DNA of 64,000 nucleotides from Candidatus Kaiserbacteria bacterium (lineage in GTDB: Bacteria; Patescibacteriota; Minisyncoccia; Phycocordibacterales; UBA2100). The stretch is from assembly GCA_023267655.1 (NCBI GenBank), contig JAHFMV010000001.1, positions 31,954 through 95,953 of the forward strand. Reading direction: 5' to 3'. Under the pieces are notes generated by a model. That model was given only the letters and a program-made list of their open reading frames with translations. It was not told where the DNA came from and did not search any database. The first letter of the stretch is position 1; each line of letters starts with the position of its first letter. Below, in pieces: positions 26,764 through 36,434 of this stretch. A program made the translations under genes and the position numbers.

Positions 26764-27741
26764 ATGCAGGATACGATAGCGGCATACGCGCTCGAGGCGA
26801 TTACAAGGCGCGTCTTTCCTGGGTGCGTAGTCGGGGTGACAAAAAAGGGTACTCGAGAAGTGGCGTTCTGTGGTAGACACACATACGATCCCAAAACTCC
26901 AGAAGTTACTCCTGATTCACTGTACGATTGCGCTTCAATTACGAAGTCGGTTCCGACCGCGATGCTTGCGTTGCAGTTGATCGATGAAGGGAAACTCTCG
27001 CTTGACGACCAGCTAACACAATACATCCCCGAATTCCGTACCTCGCACCGCAACGAAGTCCGTATTCGCCATCTCCTCACCTATACGCTCGGCAATACGG
27101 TGCCGCTTTCGAGCTTGAAAGAAAAAACCCCCGATGAGATTCTCAACGCCGTATACACGGATGATGGAAATGAGCCTGGTACCGTATTTTCGTACTCCAA
27201 TGCTCCAGCGCTTCTTCTTGGGGTGGTTATTGAACGCATTCTCGCCGCCTCGCTTCAGGGCGCCGCGCGGGAGCGGATTTTCAAACCACTCGGTATGTCG
27301 GCAACTGCATTCATGCCGCATGGCGCCGTACCCACAGAAGAAGATGTGCAGGACGTAGTACACGACGAAAGCGCGCGCGTATTTTCGCGCGCAGGTCGGG
27401 CAGTCGGCCATTCGGGACTTTTCTCGACGGTTCCCGATCTTTTGAAATTCTGCGAACACCTTCTCAAAAATCCCGATGAACGGCTCTGCACGAATCAGAT
27501 CGCGCACCTCGGAAATTCGACGGCTCTCGGATGGGAACTCGATCAGCCGTGGATGGGCGGGAAACGTTCGCCGAAAACCTTTGGCAAGACGGGTTTTACC
27601 GGCACGAGCATCGTGTGCGATTTCGATCGAGAAACCGCTATCGTCATTCTCTCGAATCGTACCTATCCGAAAGCCACAGCCGATCGTACCGCTATCAACA
27701 CGTTCCGCTGCGAAATTAGTGATATAGTATTCCGGTCATGA
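26764..27741 (+). CDS. Serine hydrolase, beta-lactamase/PBP-like family
   Basis: ASITK (SxxK), HLLT, YSN, GKTGFTGT. Confidence 0.9.
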   Translation: MQDTIAAYALEAITRRVFPGCVVGVTKKGTREVAFCGRHTYDPKTPEVTPDSLYDCASITKSVPTAMLALQLIDEGKLSLDDQLTQYIPEFRTSHRNEVRIRHLLTYTLGNTVPLSSLKEKTPDEILNAVYTDDGNEPGTVFSYSNAPALLLGVVIERILAASLQGAARERIFKPLGMSATAFMPHGAVPTEEDVQDVVHDESARVFSRAGRAVGHSGLFSTVPDLLKFCEHLLKNPDERLCTNQIAHLGNSTALGWELDQPWMGGKRSPKTFGKTGFTGTSIVCDFDRETAIVILSNRTYPKATADRTAINTFRCEISDIVFRS

Positions 27742-28106
27742 CGAATGCAATCTCGACAGGCATCGGCGTTCTTCTCATCCTCGTCGTCGGAGGATTCGTC
27801 TATCAACAAAAGATCGCTCGTGATCGCGCACGACTTACATCGGCGAGCCATGGAATACTGGTACAGGCGGGGGCCGTGACGCTCGCAGATATTGCAAAGC
27901 ACGCTGATCGTTCAAGTTGCTGGAGCACCATCAACGGCGGCGTGTACGACCTCACTGCATGGATCCCGAAGCATCCGGGCGGTGAACAGGCTATTCTTTC
28001 GATCTGCGGTATCGACGGCTCGGCGCGGTTCAATGCGCAGCACGGCGGGGCATCGTTGCAGCAAAAGATTCTCGCGGGATTTAAAATAGGGACGGTTTCC
28101 CAGTAG
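27738..28106 (+). CDS. Membrane-anchored cytochrome b5-like heme-binding protein
   Basis: CWSTINGGVYDLTAWIPKHPGG...CGIDGS..F..QH. Confidence 0.9.
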   Translation: MTNAISTGIGVLLILVVGGFVYQQKIARDRARLTSASHGILVQAGAVTLADIAKHADRSSCWSTINGGVYDLTAWIPKHPGGEQAILSICGIDGSARFNAQHGGASLQQKILAGFKIGTVSQ

Positions 28107-28243
28107 GACAATTTGGCATTGCCTTTGTTGAAATCAATCGCGATATTATCAAACCAATCACGAGCGTTAATGACTTCTATGTATCAGACAATATCAGCGG
28201 CAGAAACGATGCCAAATTGTACTAACTGGGCTAGCAAAATAAT

Positions 28244-28639
28244 ATGCAGATGACGCAAGAACAATGGGGAATACTTATTCTGCGCCTCGGCCTCGCCGCG
28301 CTTTTTCTGTGGTTCGGCTTTTCGCAGCTTCTTGATGGTGTTAACTGGACGTCATGGGTGCCGATGTGGGCAGTGAATCTCTTGCATCTCCCACCCGCGA
28401 TGATTGTGCTCGCAAACGGCTCATTTGAAGTCGTCGCGGGCTCGCTTCTCGCTCTCAATATCTGGGTTCGGTGGGCAGCGCTCCTCCTCGCGCTCCATTT
28501 GGCAGTCCTTGTCTTTGACATCGGTCCCAATCCAATCGGCATCCGTGATTTCGGCATCATGATGGCAACGTTTGCACTTGTACTACTTACAGAAAAGCGC
28601 CCCATACAGAACGAGGCGCCTTCAAGCGAGGAGATTTAG
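28244..28639 (+). CDS. DoxX family membrane protein
   Basis: LRLGLA.LFLWFG, GSFE, IGIRD. Confidence 0.8.
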   Translation: MQMTQEQWGILILRLGLAALFLWFGFSQLLDGVNWTSWVPMWAVNLLHLPPAMIVLANGSFEVVAGSLLALNIWVRWAALLLALHLAVLVFDIGPNPIGIRDFGIMMATFALVLLTEKRPIQNEAPSSEEI

Positions 28640-28851
28640 TGCAACTGCTTGCGTAGCGTATCTTTTTGCACTTCCGCAACGACGGCGCGCACGAACTCGC
28701 GAAGCGCTTTCGCATCATATTTCTTGCCGTTATTTTTAAACGAGGCAAGCATATTTCTCTCAAGCCAATCAACTGAAGTCTTCTTGTCTAGATGATGCGC
28801 AACGAACATCTTGTACAACTCCAGAGCGATCGTCTTTTGGCCGTCCGTCAT
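28636..28851 (-). CDS. Small hypothetical protein
   Basis: 71-aa ORF with GGAG upstream, downstream of metK. Confidence 0.55.
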   Translation of the reverse strand: MTDGQKTIALELYKMFVAHHLDKKTSVDWLERNMLASFKNNGKKYDAKALREFVRAVVAEVQKDTLRKQLH

Positions 28852-28903
28852 GACTTTGGTCTCCCGATTATCCTTTCTCTTTATACCTCAAGAGACGCTA
28901 ATC

Positions 28904-29956
28904 TCAAATCTTAATAACTTTCTCCCAGCTGCGTCCTTCAACACCAAAGTGTCCATACGTTGCTGTTTCGCGGAAGATGGGTTTGCGGAGCTCCAGTCGT
29001 TTGATGATTTCTTGCGGGCGGAAGTTGAAGTGTTTGTGGACGATTTTTGAGAGGTCTTTGCCTTTGTCGTTGAATGCTTCAACCATAACCGGGTCAACGC
29101 GACCGATCGCATAAGCGACCGAGACGAGCACTTTTTTACCGTAACCGTTGGCAACGAGATTCTTCGCGACGAAGCGGCACATATACGCGGCCGAACGATC
29201 AACCTTTGTCGAATCTTTGCCGGAGAATGCGCCACCACCGTGCGGCATGAGGCCGCCGTAGGTATCCACCATGATCTTGCGACCGGTGAGGCCGGCGTCG
29301 GCAGCAAAGCCGCCGACCTCGAATTTGCCGGTCGGGTTTACGAGGATTTCGATGTTTTTCAAATCGCCGAGGACTGGTTTGAACAAATGCTTAATCAAAT
29401 CCTTGCGAATTTGTTCCTGCGACACATTTTTCGCATGCTGCGTCGAGCAAAGCGCTGTCACGACTTTGCCATCTTTAATCGTCACTTGCGTTTTCCCGTC
29501 AGGCTTAATCCACGACAAAGTCTTTTCACGGCGGAGCTTTTCAAGTCGACGCGCGAGTTTGTTCGCAAGTACAACTCCAAGCGGCAGCATTTCATCCGTC
29601 TCGTCCGTCGCGTAGCCGTACATAATGCCTTGATCACCCGCACCGCCGGTATCGACGCCTTGCGCGATGTTCTGGCTTTGTTTTGCGACGGTGTTTAAAA
29701 TTTTCAATTTCTCCGTGTAGCCGATTGATTTGTAGACATTGGCCGCGATTTTCGCGAAATCAACTTTCGCATTTGTCGTAACTTCGCCGCCGATCATAAG
29801 TGTTCCGTGCGAGCCAAAGGTCTCCACGGCGACACGCGAGCGCGGATCTTGCTCTAAACACGCGTCTAAAATTGCGTCAGAAATCTGGTCACATACTTTG
29901 TCCGGATGTCCGGATGTTACGGATTCAGTCGTGTACGTCTTTAAAAGATGAAGCAT
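28904..29956 (-). CDS. metK: S-adenosylmethionine synthetase
   Basis: ESVTSGHPDK, GAGDQG, GLTGRKI, GGGAFSGKD. Confidence 0.98.
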   Translation of the reverse strand: MLHLLKTYTTESVTSGHPDKVCDQISDAILDACLEQDPRSRVAVETFGSHGTLMIGGEVTTNAKVDFAKIAANVYKSIGYTEKLKILNTVAKQSQNIAQGVDTGGAGDQGIMYGYATDETDEMLPLGVVLANKLARRLEKLRREKTLSWIKPDGKTQVTIKDGKVVTALCSTQHAKNVSQEQIRKDLIKHLFKPVLGDLKNIEILVNPTGKFEVGGFAADAGLTGRKIMVDTYGGLMPHGGGAFSGKDSTKVDRSAAYMCRFVAKNLVANGYGKKVLVSVAYAIGRVDPVMVEAFNDKGKDLSKIVHKHFNFRPQEIIKRLELRKPIFRETATYGHFGVEGRSWEKVIKI

Positions 29957-30008
29957 AGTTATATGTATAAATTAAATAATCTCCCTGCAGGGAGATTCTT
30001 GACGAGAG

Positions 30009-30096
30009 TATCTGCCCCTTTCGGGTCTGGGGGCACCGTTTCTTTCGAAGGTTGCCAGCGGGTCTACGAGCCAGTTCTCTCTCCGCACTCTGGATA
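30009..30096 (-). ncRNA. SAM-I-family riboswitch in the metK leader
   Basis: Minus strand TATCCAGAG..GGAGAGAGAACTGGCTCGTAGACCC..GGCAACC..GAAAG..GGTGCC....CAGATA; P1 TATC/GATA; directly upstream of metK. Confidence 0.85.
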
Positions 30097-30181
30097 CGAT
30101 ATGGGGCGTGTCATGAAAATATAACCCCCACCGGTTATTAGCGCAAGCGGGTGTCGTCGGCTATGATGTGGACTACCTGAT

Positions 30182-31126
30182 ATGAAAAAAGTCGTACGAA
30201 TCGGCGGCGGCTCAAGCGGCTATACGATCCTGCGCGGTCTAAAGCAATACCCCTTAGATATCACGGCGATTGTCAACATGTTCGATTCGGGTGGTTCTGC
30301 AGGAGTGCTTCGCGACGAGCTCGGTATTTTACCTCCCGGCGATGTTCGTCGCGCACTTGCCGCACTTGCCGACGGCAAGCAAGGCACAATTCTGCGTGAA
30401 TTGTTTAACTTCAGATTTAAAGAGGAAGGGTCGGTGAATGGTCATAGTTTCGGCAATCTGTTCCTCGCGGCACTTTCGTCAATCTACGGTAGCGATATTG
30501 AAGCGATTCGCAAGGCATCACAAATTCTCAATCTCAAAGGGAAAGTCTTGCCGGTCTCACTCGATAAATCGCATATTCATGCGACACTTGAAGATGGCAC
30601 AAAAATAGTCGGCGAGACCAATATTGATATCCCCAAACACGACGGTAGCATTCCAATCAAAAAAATATTCCTAGAACCACCCGCAAAAATTTTTGATGAA
30701 GCGAAACAGGCAATTCTCGATGCTGATATTATTGTCATCGGCCCCGGCGATTTGTATACGTCAATCATTCCGAATCTTCTCGCGAAAGGCGTCCCCGAAG
30801 CATTGCAAAAGAGTAAGGCGAAGAAAGTGGTGGTCTGTAACCTCATGACCAAGTGGGGAGAAACCCACGGTTTTTGCGCGTCCGACATGGTCAAGGAACT
30901 CTTGCGCTATAGCGGACTCAAACGATTTGATTATGCGATTTGTAACACGAAAGAGCCGAGCCAGAAACTCATCAAGGCCTACGAAAAAGAAAAGAAGTAT
31001 CCAATGAAATGCGATGCCGACCTTTCAAAATACGCAAAAGAAATAGTCACCGGCGACTTTTTCTCCGAGGCCGATATCGCGCGTCATGATGCGGATAAAT
31101 TGGCGAAAGTAATCGCAGATCTTTGA
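30182..31126 (+). CDS. yvcK: YvcK/GlmR family protein
   Basis: IGGG..G, DSGGSAG.LR, PPGD.R, GHSFGNL, GPGDLYTSIIPNL. Confidence 0.92.
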   Translation: MKKVVRIGGGSSGYTILRGLKQYPLDITAIVNMFDSGGSAGVLRDELGILPPGDVRRALAALADGKQGTILRELFNFRFKEEGSVNGHSFGNLFLAALSSIYGSDIEAIRKASQILNLKGKVLPVSLDKSHIHATLEDGTKIVGETNIDIPKHDGSIPIKKIFLEPPAKIFDEAKQAILDADIIVIGPGDLYTSIIPNLLAKGVPEALQKSKAKKVVVCNLMTKWGETHGFCASDMVKELLRYSGLKRFDYAICNTKEPSQKLIKAYEKEKKYPMKCDADLSKYAKEIVTGDFFSEADIARHDADKLAKVIADL

Positions 31127-31548
31127 TGATTCCGTTCATCGTACTCGCACTTGCTGCTTTTCTACTGCATCTCGCGTGGGAGCGTGTGCACGTCCAGCTG
31201 TATACGGGATATGAAAAAATGGAAGGCCTCCTTCCCGTGTACGTGTTTGCAACGATCGGGGATGTTGCCTACACGCTCTGTGCCGTCTTTTTTGTGGCGA
31301 TCCTTGCGCGTGATCTTGCATGGTTTGTGCGCGGCGTAAGCACGGGTGAGTATCTGCTCCTCGCTCTACTCGGATTTTGCATCGCGCTTTTTGTCGAATA
31401 CAAAGCGAAGTATTATAAGAAATGGGAATATCTGCCCGAAATGCCGATCATTCCGTTTCTGCGCGTCGGGCTCTCGCCGATCGCGCAGATGACAGTGTTG
31501 TTGCCATTCTCCGTCTTTATTACTACTATCATCCTCATACATCTATGA
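31123..31548 (+). CDS. Membrane protein
   Basis: Four hydrophobic segments; W.Y...MP...GLSP..Q. Confidence 0.7.
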   Translation: MMIPFIVLALAAFLLHLAWERVHVQLYTGYEKMEGLLPVYVFATIGDVAYTLCAVFFVAILARDLAWFVRGVSTGEYLLLALLGFCIALFVEYKAKYYKKWEYLPEMPIIPFLRVGLSPIAQMTVLLPFSVFITTIILIHL

Positions 31549-32003
31549 ATACATCAAAATTGCTGGTCATCCTTGTGGTCGTTGGTCTCGTGGTTGCAGG
31601 TGTCTGGTTTGGCACACGTCGTGCGACTCCGCCACTGGTGACCGTGCCGCCTACCGTGGAAGCAACTTACGTGAACGCATCGGCCGATCTTGTTGTCGTT
31701 TCGAGTCCGCTCCCGGGAGCAACCGTACCCGCGATGTTTACCGTCACCGGACAAGCGCGCGGTACGTGGTATTTCGAAGCGTCATTTCCTCTTGAAGTCG
31801 TTTCGGCGTCGGGAGAGCAGCTCGTACAAATGCCGGTGCAAGCACAGGGTGAGTGGATGACGACAAACTTCGTACCGTTTAGTGCACAAATAACATTGCC
31901 AGCGACCTACAAAGGCGCAGCGAAAATTATCCTCCGCAACGACAATCCATCGGGCCTGCCAGAAAATGAGAAACGTCTGACGATTCCCGTTGTCATTCAA
32001 TAA
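31545..32003 (+). CDS. Gmad2 immunoglobulin-like domain protein
   Basis: VTGQARGTWYFEASFP...WMTTNFVPF...DNPSGLPE. Confidence 0.85.
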   Translation: MNTSKLLVILVVVGLVVAGVWFGTRRATPPLVTVPPTVEATYVNASADLVVVSSPLPGATVPAMFTVTGQARGTWYFEASFPLEVVSASGEQLVQMPVQAQGEWMTTNFVPFSAQITLPATYKGAAKIILRNDNPSGLPENEKRLTIPVVIQ

Positions 32004-32007
32004 ATCA

Positions 32008-32040
32008 GAAGGGCGGCCGCTTACGCGTCCGCCCTCTTTT
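32008..32040 (+). terminator. Intrinsic (possibly bidirectional) terminator
   Basis: GGGCGG..CCGCCC stem followed by TCTTTT, between convergent genes. Confidence 0.55.
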
Positions 32041-32056
32041 CACAACGGTGTGATGC

Positions 32057-32449
32057 TCACATGGCGGGTGGGAGAAATATACAGATCAGCCGGAACGACC
32101 ACCCAGTTCCTACCCAGGTTTTCCCGATACACACATGCATGTTGTTGTCCCTCGATTCTCGCTTTGGAAAATTTGCCGGCACGAAGACGCTTTGTCCTCG
32201 CTCGTCCGTAACTTCCATACCAAGCATGGTGGTTGCATTCGCGGACGGGCCGGGCAGCGTCACGGTCTTGCTCACCGGTATTGCCGTCACGACCTTAGAA
32301 CAGTCCATTCCGGAACAACATTCCATGGGATACCAGTCATGTGCCGATACCGTCATGTGGACAACGACCGGTATCACGAACGTGAAGAAAAACAGTGTCG
32401 CCACGAAGACCAGCATGGCCAGTAGACGCTTTCGGATTTTTCGGGACAT
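32057..32449 (-). CDS. Secreted Cys-rich hypothetical protein
   Basis: Signal peptide, AHDWYPMECCSGMDC...HVC...CIFLPP. Confidence 0.7.
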   Translation of the reverse strand: MSRKIRKRLLAMLVFVATLFFFTFVIPVVVHMTVSAHDWYPMECCSGMDCSKVVTAIPVSKTVTLPGPSANATTMLGMEVTDERGQSVFVPANFPKRESRDNNMHVCIGKTWVGTGWSFRLICIFLPPAM

Positions 32450-32594
32450 ACCCGGCTCCTTTCGTGTTGAGGGGAAACTCGTTTCTATGCAAAATTCATT
32501 CTATTTTCACCTTACGCCTCTTTCGAAAATACGCAAGCTGTTGAAAACAAAGTACTGTGATACGGTGCAATAAGTAGCCACTTGGAGAGCGATC

Positions 32595-33164
32595 ATGTTC
32601 GACACACCCTTCGTTCTTTTGGATACCGAATATACAGCGTGGGAAGGCAGTAGGGAGAGCGCGTGGAGCGGCTCTGGCGAATATCGGGAGATGATCCAGA
32701 TCGGCGCGATCATTGTGGATGAAAATCTGCGAGAGAGGTCGCCGTTCATGTGCTATGTGCGACCGGTGAAGAATCCGATCCTCTCGGATTTCATCATCGA
32801 GTTGACGGGCATCTCGCAGGAGATGGTCGATGTACGGGGAATTTCGCTCGACCAGGCACTGAAAGTCCTCTCGGTCGCAGTGCAAGGATTGCCGATCTAT
32901 TGTTACGGCAGGGACGGGCAATTTTTACGAGAAAATTGTGCGCTGCTTGGAATCCATTTCCCGTTTGAGCCTGAACGCTTCATCGATATTCGTCCGTATC
33001 TGAAGGCACCGCTCGCAGTAGAACATATCGACATTACGCAGTATTCAAGCGGAGAACTTGTACAAGCCTTCGGACTCGAGGGGGGACGGGCGCACGATGC
33101 GCTCAATGATGTTCAAAACCTGCTCAAGATAATTCAAGTACTACGCTCTCGCGGCCGCTTATAG
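32595..33164 (+). CDS. DEDDh 3'-5' exonuclease (ERI-1/KapD-like)
   Basis: LDTEYT, EMIQIGA, LTGI, HDALND. Confidence 0.88.
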   Translation: MFDTPFVLLDTEYTAWEGSRESAWSGSGEYREMIQIGAIIVDENLRERSPFMCYVRPVKNPILSDFIIELTGISQEMVDVRGISLDQALKVLSVAVQGLPIYCYGRDGQFLRENCALLGIHFPFEPERFIDIRPYLKAPLAVEHIDITQYSSGELVQAFGLEGGRAHDALNDVQNLLKIIQVLRSRGRL

Positions 33165-33195
33165 CGGCCGCATCCTTTATGCTACGATGCGGCGG

Positions 33196-33858
33196 ATGAA
33201 AAAAGAGACGGAGAGGAAAGAGCGGATGACGAAGATCCTGAAATACCTCAAAAAGACGTACCACACGCCGAAGACGGAGCTGCGCTACTCAACACCGTTC
33301 CAGCTTGTTGTTGCAGTCATGCTCTCGGCGCAGTGCACGGATAAATTGGTGAATAGAGTGACAGAGAAACTTTTTAAAAAATACAAAACGCCGAAAGATT
33401 TTGCGACGGCGAACCTCGCCGAATTCACTAGGGAGATTTCGAGCGCTTCTTTTTTCCGGAATAAGGCGAAGCATGTCATTGCTGCCGCGAAAATCGTCGC
33501 AGACGATTTTCGCGGCCACCTCCCCCGCACGGCAGAAGAACTCCAAAAACTCCCCGGCGTTGGCTACAAAACCGCGCACGTCATCCTCGGCGAACTGTAC
33601 GAAATCTGGGAAGGCATCCCGACCGACACGCATGTAAAGAGATTCGCCCGCAAATTCGACCTCACCGACAACACCGATCTTAAAAAAATTTCCCACGATC
33701 TCGAACGCCTCGTCCCGAAAAAGAATTGGAAATACGTCAACAATGGCTTCGTCCTCTACGGCCGTTACGTCTGCAAAGCCAACAAGCATGACTGCGCGCA
33801 GCATCCGCTTACAAAACTGTGGCCAGCGGCTGGAAGCCGCTGGCCGAAAACGAAATGA
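33196..33858 (+). CDS. nth: Endonuclease III
   Basis: LSAQCTD..VN, LPGVGYKTA (HhH), DTHV. Confidence 0.93.
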   Translation: MKKETERKERMTKILKYLKKTYHTPKTELRYSTPFQLVVAVMLSAQCTDKLVNRVTEKLFKKYKTPKDFATANLAEFTREISSASFFRNKAKHVIAAAKIVADDFRGHLPRTAEELQKLPGVGYKTAHVILGELYEIWEGIPTDTHVKRFARKFDLTDNTDLKKISHDLERLVPKKNWKYVNNGFVLYGRYVCKANKHDCAQHPLTKLWPAAGSRWPKTK

Positions 33859-33859
33859 T

Positions 33860-34123
33860 CTACTTTGCACCCATGTGCGGACGATCGAAATTTTCTGGGA
33901 TCGGCGAGCGTGCCGGAAGATCTCGCTCATTTTCGCACGTTTCGCACGACAAGGTGCCGTCGGTCTGAAGCCCTTTCCCTCGCTGGTGTTTGGCGCAAAA
34001 ACCGGTTGACGTCGGGGCGCACACCGCGCATGCGAGTATCAAGCTATCACCGTGATAGATCTCGACGACTTTGCCCGTCATGCCTGTGCATCCATCTTTC
34101 ACTCGCAGACCGCATCCTTGCAT
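33860..34123 (-). CDS. Possible small Cys-rich protein
   Basis: CAVC..FC.KH..CETC motifs; fills an intergenic gap. Confidence 0.4.
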   Translation of the reverse strand: MQGCGLRVKDGCTGMTGKVVEIYHGDSLILACAVCAPTSTGFCAKHQRGKGLQTDGTLSCETCENERDLPARSPIPENFDRPHMGAK

Positions 34124-34205
34124 GTCACACTCCCTGGTTGCCAGTCCCGACTATACCTCTGTCAACGAATTTCTGCAAAACCGTGCCTCATAGTAGGATT
34201 CAAAC

Positions 34206-34898
34206 ATGAAAAGCGTGCAAAAAGTCGCCGTGTTCGACATTGACGGCACGATCATCCGCTCGTCGCTGTTTGTAGAACTCACTGAAGAACTCGTGAGGCG
34301 CAAAATTCTGCCGCACATAGCAAAAGATGAATACGAAGCACAGCACAAAAGGTGGATCGAACGCGAAGGGAATTATGACGACTACATTTGGGCGATGGTG
34401 CGATCGTTCAAGAAAAATATCAAAGGTGTGTACTACGGCGATGTCGCAGACACCGCAAAAGATGTTGTGAAAGAACAGAAAAAACGCACATATCGCTACA
34501 CGCGCGATCTCATTCAGGATTTAAAAAAGAAAGGGTACTTTCTCCTCGCGATTTCTCATTCACCGAAAACCATCCTCGATTATTTCTGTCCGACCATGGG
34601 TTTCGACAAGGCCTACGGATTTCTCTACGACATCGGTCCGGAGGATAATTTTACGGGCGAGGTCATTGACGAGCACCTGATGGCGAACAAGGCAAACATC
34701 CTGAAGCGTGCCATCGAAAAACAAGGCCTCACCCTCAAAGGATCCATCGGTGTCGGCGATACGGAGAGCGACATCGCATTCTTAGAACTTGTCGAAAACC
34801 CCATCTGCTTTAATCCGAATTCAAAGTTGTATCGTCATGCGAAGCGGGAGAAATGGAGAGTCGTCGTTGAACGCAAGGATGTTGTCTACGAGCTTTAA
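34206..34898 (+). CDS. HAD-IB family hydrolase
   Basis: FDIDGT, ISHS, K, GDTESD, NP. Confidence 0.9.
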   Translation: MKSVQKVAVFDIDGTIIRSSLFVELTEELVRRKILPHIAKDEYEAQHKRWIEREGNYDDYIWAMVRSFKKNIKGVYYGDVADTAKDVVKEQKKRTYRYTRDLIQDLKKKGYFLLAISHSPKTILDYFCPTMGFDKAYGFLYDIGPEDNFTGEVIDEHLMANKANILKRAIEKQGLTLKGSIGVGDTESDIAFLELVENPICFNPNSKLYRHAKREKWRVVVERKDVVYEL

Positions 34899-34954
34899 AT
34901 ATGGCATATTGCACCTAGCGGCTGTTGACCGCGCAGACCAAAGAGGACAAGACA

Positions 34955-35155
34955 ATGAAGCCATGTGAAGCCCTCAAGGCCCTTCGATCCAGAGCGTTTG
35001 AAGATTCGCACAAGGTAGGATCTGAGCATCCTATTGCACTAGTGCCGAACGAAGATGGGAGTCTGTCGCTGATAGACAGGAATTCCTCAAAGCCAACCAA
35101 GCCTGTCATGTCAGCGCGGGAGGTCAATCAGTTTTTTGGAGTTTGGTCGCGATAG
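34955..35155 (+). CDS. Small hypothetical protein
   Basis: ORF with AGAGGA upstream; no recognisable motif. Confidence 0.35.
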   Translation: MKPCEALKALRSRAFEDSHKVGSEHPIALVPNEDGSLSLIDRNSSKPTKPVMSAREVNQFFGVWSR

Positions 35156-35216
35156 CGGTCGGGCTCGAAGCGCAAACGAGGGTGGACGATGTCCACCCTC
35201 TCTCTATAATAATCAA

Positions 35217-36068
35217 GTGAGAAATAAAGAATCAGATTTTGTCCAGTTAGTTTTGAAATATTTCCGAGTTAGCGGTCGCAACGCGTTACCATGGCGCGCG
35301 ACTCGTGCTCCGTACAAAATCCTCGTCTCTGAAATCATGCTGCAGCAGACGCAGGTGGATAGAGTGATTCCTTACTTTACGAAGTGGATGAAGAAATTTC
35401 CGACGGTGCAATCACTTGCAAAAGCACCACTCTCTGATGTTTTGAAGGAATGGAGCGGGCTTGGATATAACCGCCGAGCGAAGTTATTGCGGGAGTGTGC
35501 CAAAGAAATCGTGGAAAAGCACGGCGGAAAAGTCCCGAAGGACTTTTCCGCCCTCGTGGGATTGCCCGCCATCGGCCCTTACACCGCCGGAGCCATCCGC
35601 GCATTCGCATTCAACGAACCGGAGGTATTCATCGAAACCAACATCCGTGCAGCACTCATCCACCATTTTTTCCCGCGGTCGAAAAAAGTACCTGACACAA
35701 AACTCATCCCGATCTTGAAATTGTTACTCCTTAATCCCGACAGTCTGACTATCGGTACCGATAGTCAGACTGTCGGGATTGGTTCGCGGGAGTGGTATAG
35801 CGCACTCATGGACTACGGCGCACATATCAAAAAAACCAATCCCAACCCATCACGCCGCAGCACGCATCACACCCGCCAATCGCCGTTTGAAGGCAGTCTT
35901 CGCCAATACCGCGGCATTATCTTACGCCGTCTGCTTGATGGTCCGATTGCTCACGAGGTGCTTCTTAAAGTCGAAACGGAACAATCATATTTTCTCGAAC
36001 TCGCGCTTCGTGATTTGGAACGAGAAGGAATGATAAAAAAGAAAAAAGGAAAATGGTGGATTGCATGA
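35217..36068 (+). CDS. mutY: A/G-specific adenine glycosylase (short, Fe-S-less type)
   Basis: LPWR, VSEIMLQQTQV, WSGLGYNRRA, LPAIGPYTA, ALMDYG; GTG start 6 nt after TATAAT. Confidence 0.92.
   Translation: MRNKESDFVQLVLKYFRVSGRNALPWRATRAPYKILVSEIMLQQTQVDRVIPYFTKWMKKFPTVQSLAKAPLSDVLKEWSGLGYNRRAKLLRECAKEIVEKHGGKVPKDFSALVGLPAIGPYTAGAIRAFAFNEPEVFIETNIRAALIHHFFPRSKKVPDTKLIPILKLLLLNPDSLTIGTDSQTVGIGSREWYSALMDYGAHIKKTNPNPSRRSTHHTRQSPFEGSLRQYRGIILRRLLDGPIAHEVLLKVETEQSYFLELALRDLEREGMIKKKKGKWWIA
35733..35780. repeat. Perfect 48-bp palindrome in frame within mutY
   Basis: AATCCCGACAGTCTGACTATCGGT|ACCGATAGTCAGACTGTCGGGATT, encoding NPDSLTIGTDSQTVGI. Confidence 0.9.
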
Positions 36069-36108
36069 AAGATGATGCGGCACGGGAGCAATCCGTGCCG
36101 CAATAAAT

Positions 36109-36378
36109 CTAGGCCGCTTGTGCTTCCTCGCGTAGCCTAAGCGCTGCACTTGCGATAATTTGGTGCGCGCGACGACCTATGACAACACGAAAGGCCGCGA
36201 CAAGTTCCTCCTCTCCTCCGAAGATGCTACGCATGCCACCTGAGTTCAAAATGCCGTATTCGTCGGCATCTTCTTCTGCTCGCTTGACGACTGCCTGCGC
36301 CACCTCTTGTTTGATGATCCAGTTTCCATAGAGAAACTGGTCAGAAAAGAACTTCTTTACGTTCTCCACTGTATACAT
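36109..36378 (-). CDS. Hypothetical protein
   Basis: MYTVENVKK..., GGAGG upstream. Confidence 0.55.
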   Translation of the reverse strand: MYTVENVKKFFSDQFLYGNWIIKQEVAQAVVKRAEEDADEYGILNSGGMRSIFGGEEELVAAFRVVIGRRAHQIIASAALRLREEAQAA

Positions 36379-36434
36379 TGGATCCTCCGTGAGTATGAGA
36401 GCGTGAAGGGAATCTACCACGCGTGGCGTAATTC

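Noticed and set aside
21143-31126. F420 biosynthesis (cofE plus cofD-like yvcK)
   Set aside because: The 30182 gene has YvcK-type motifs, no cofC/cofG/cofH is present, and the CofE-like gene is linked to fol genes
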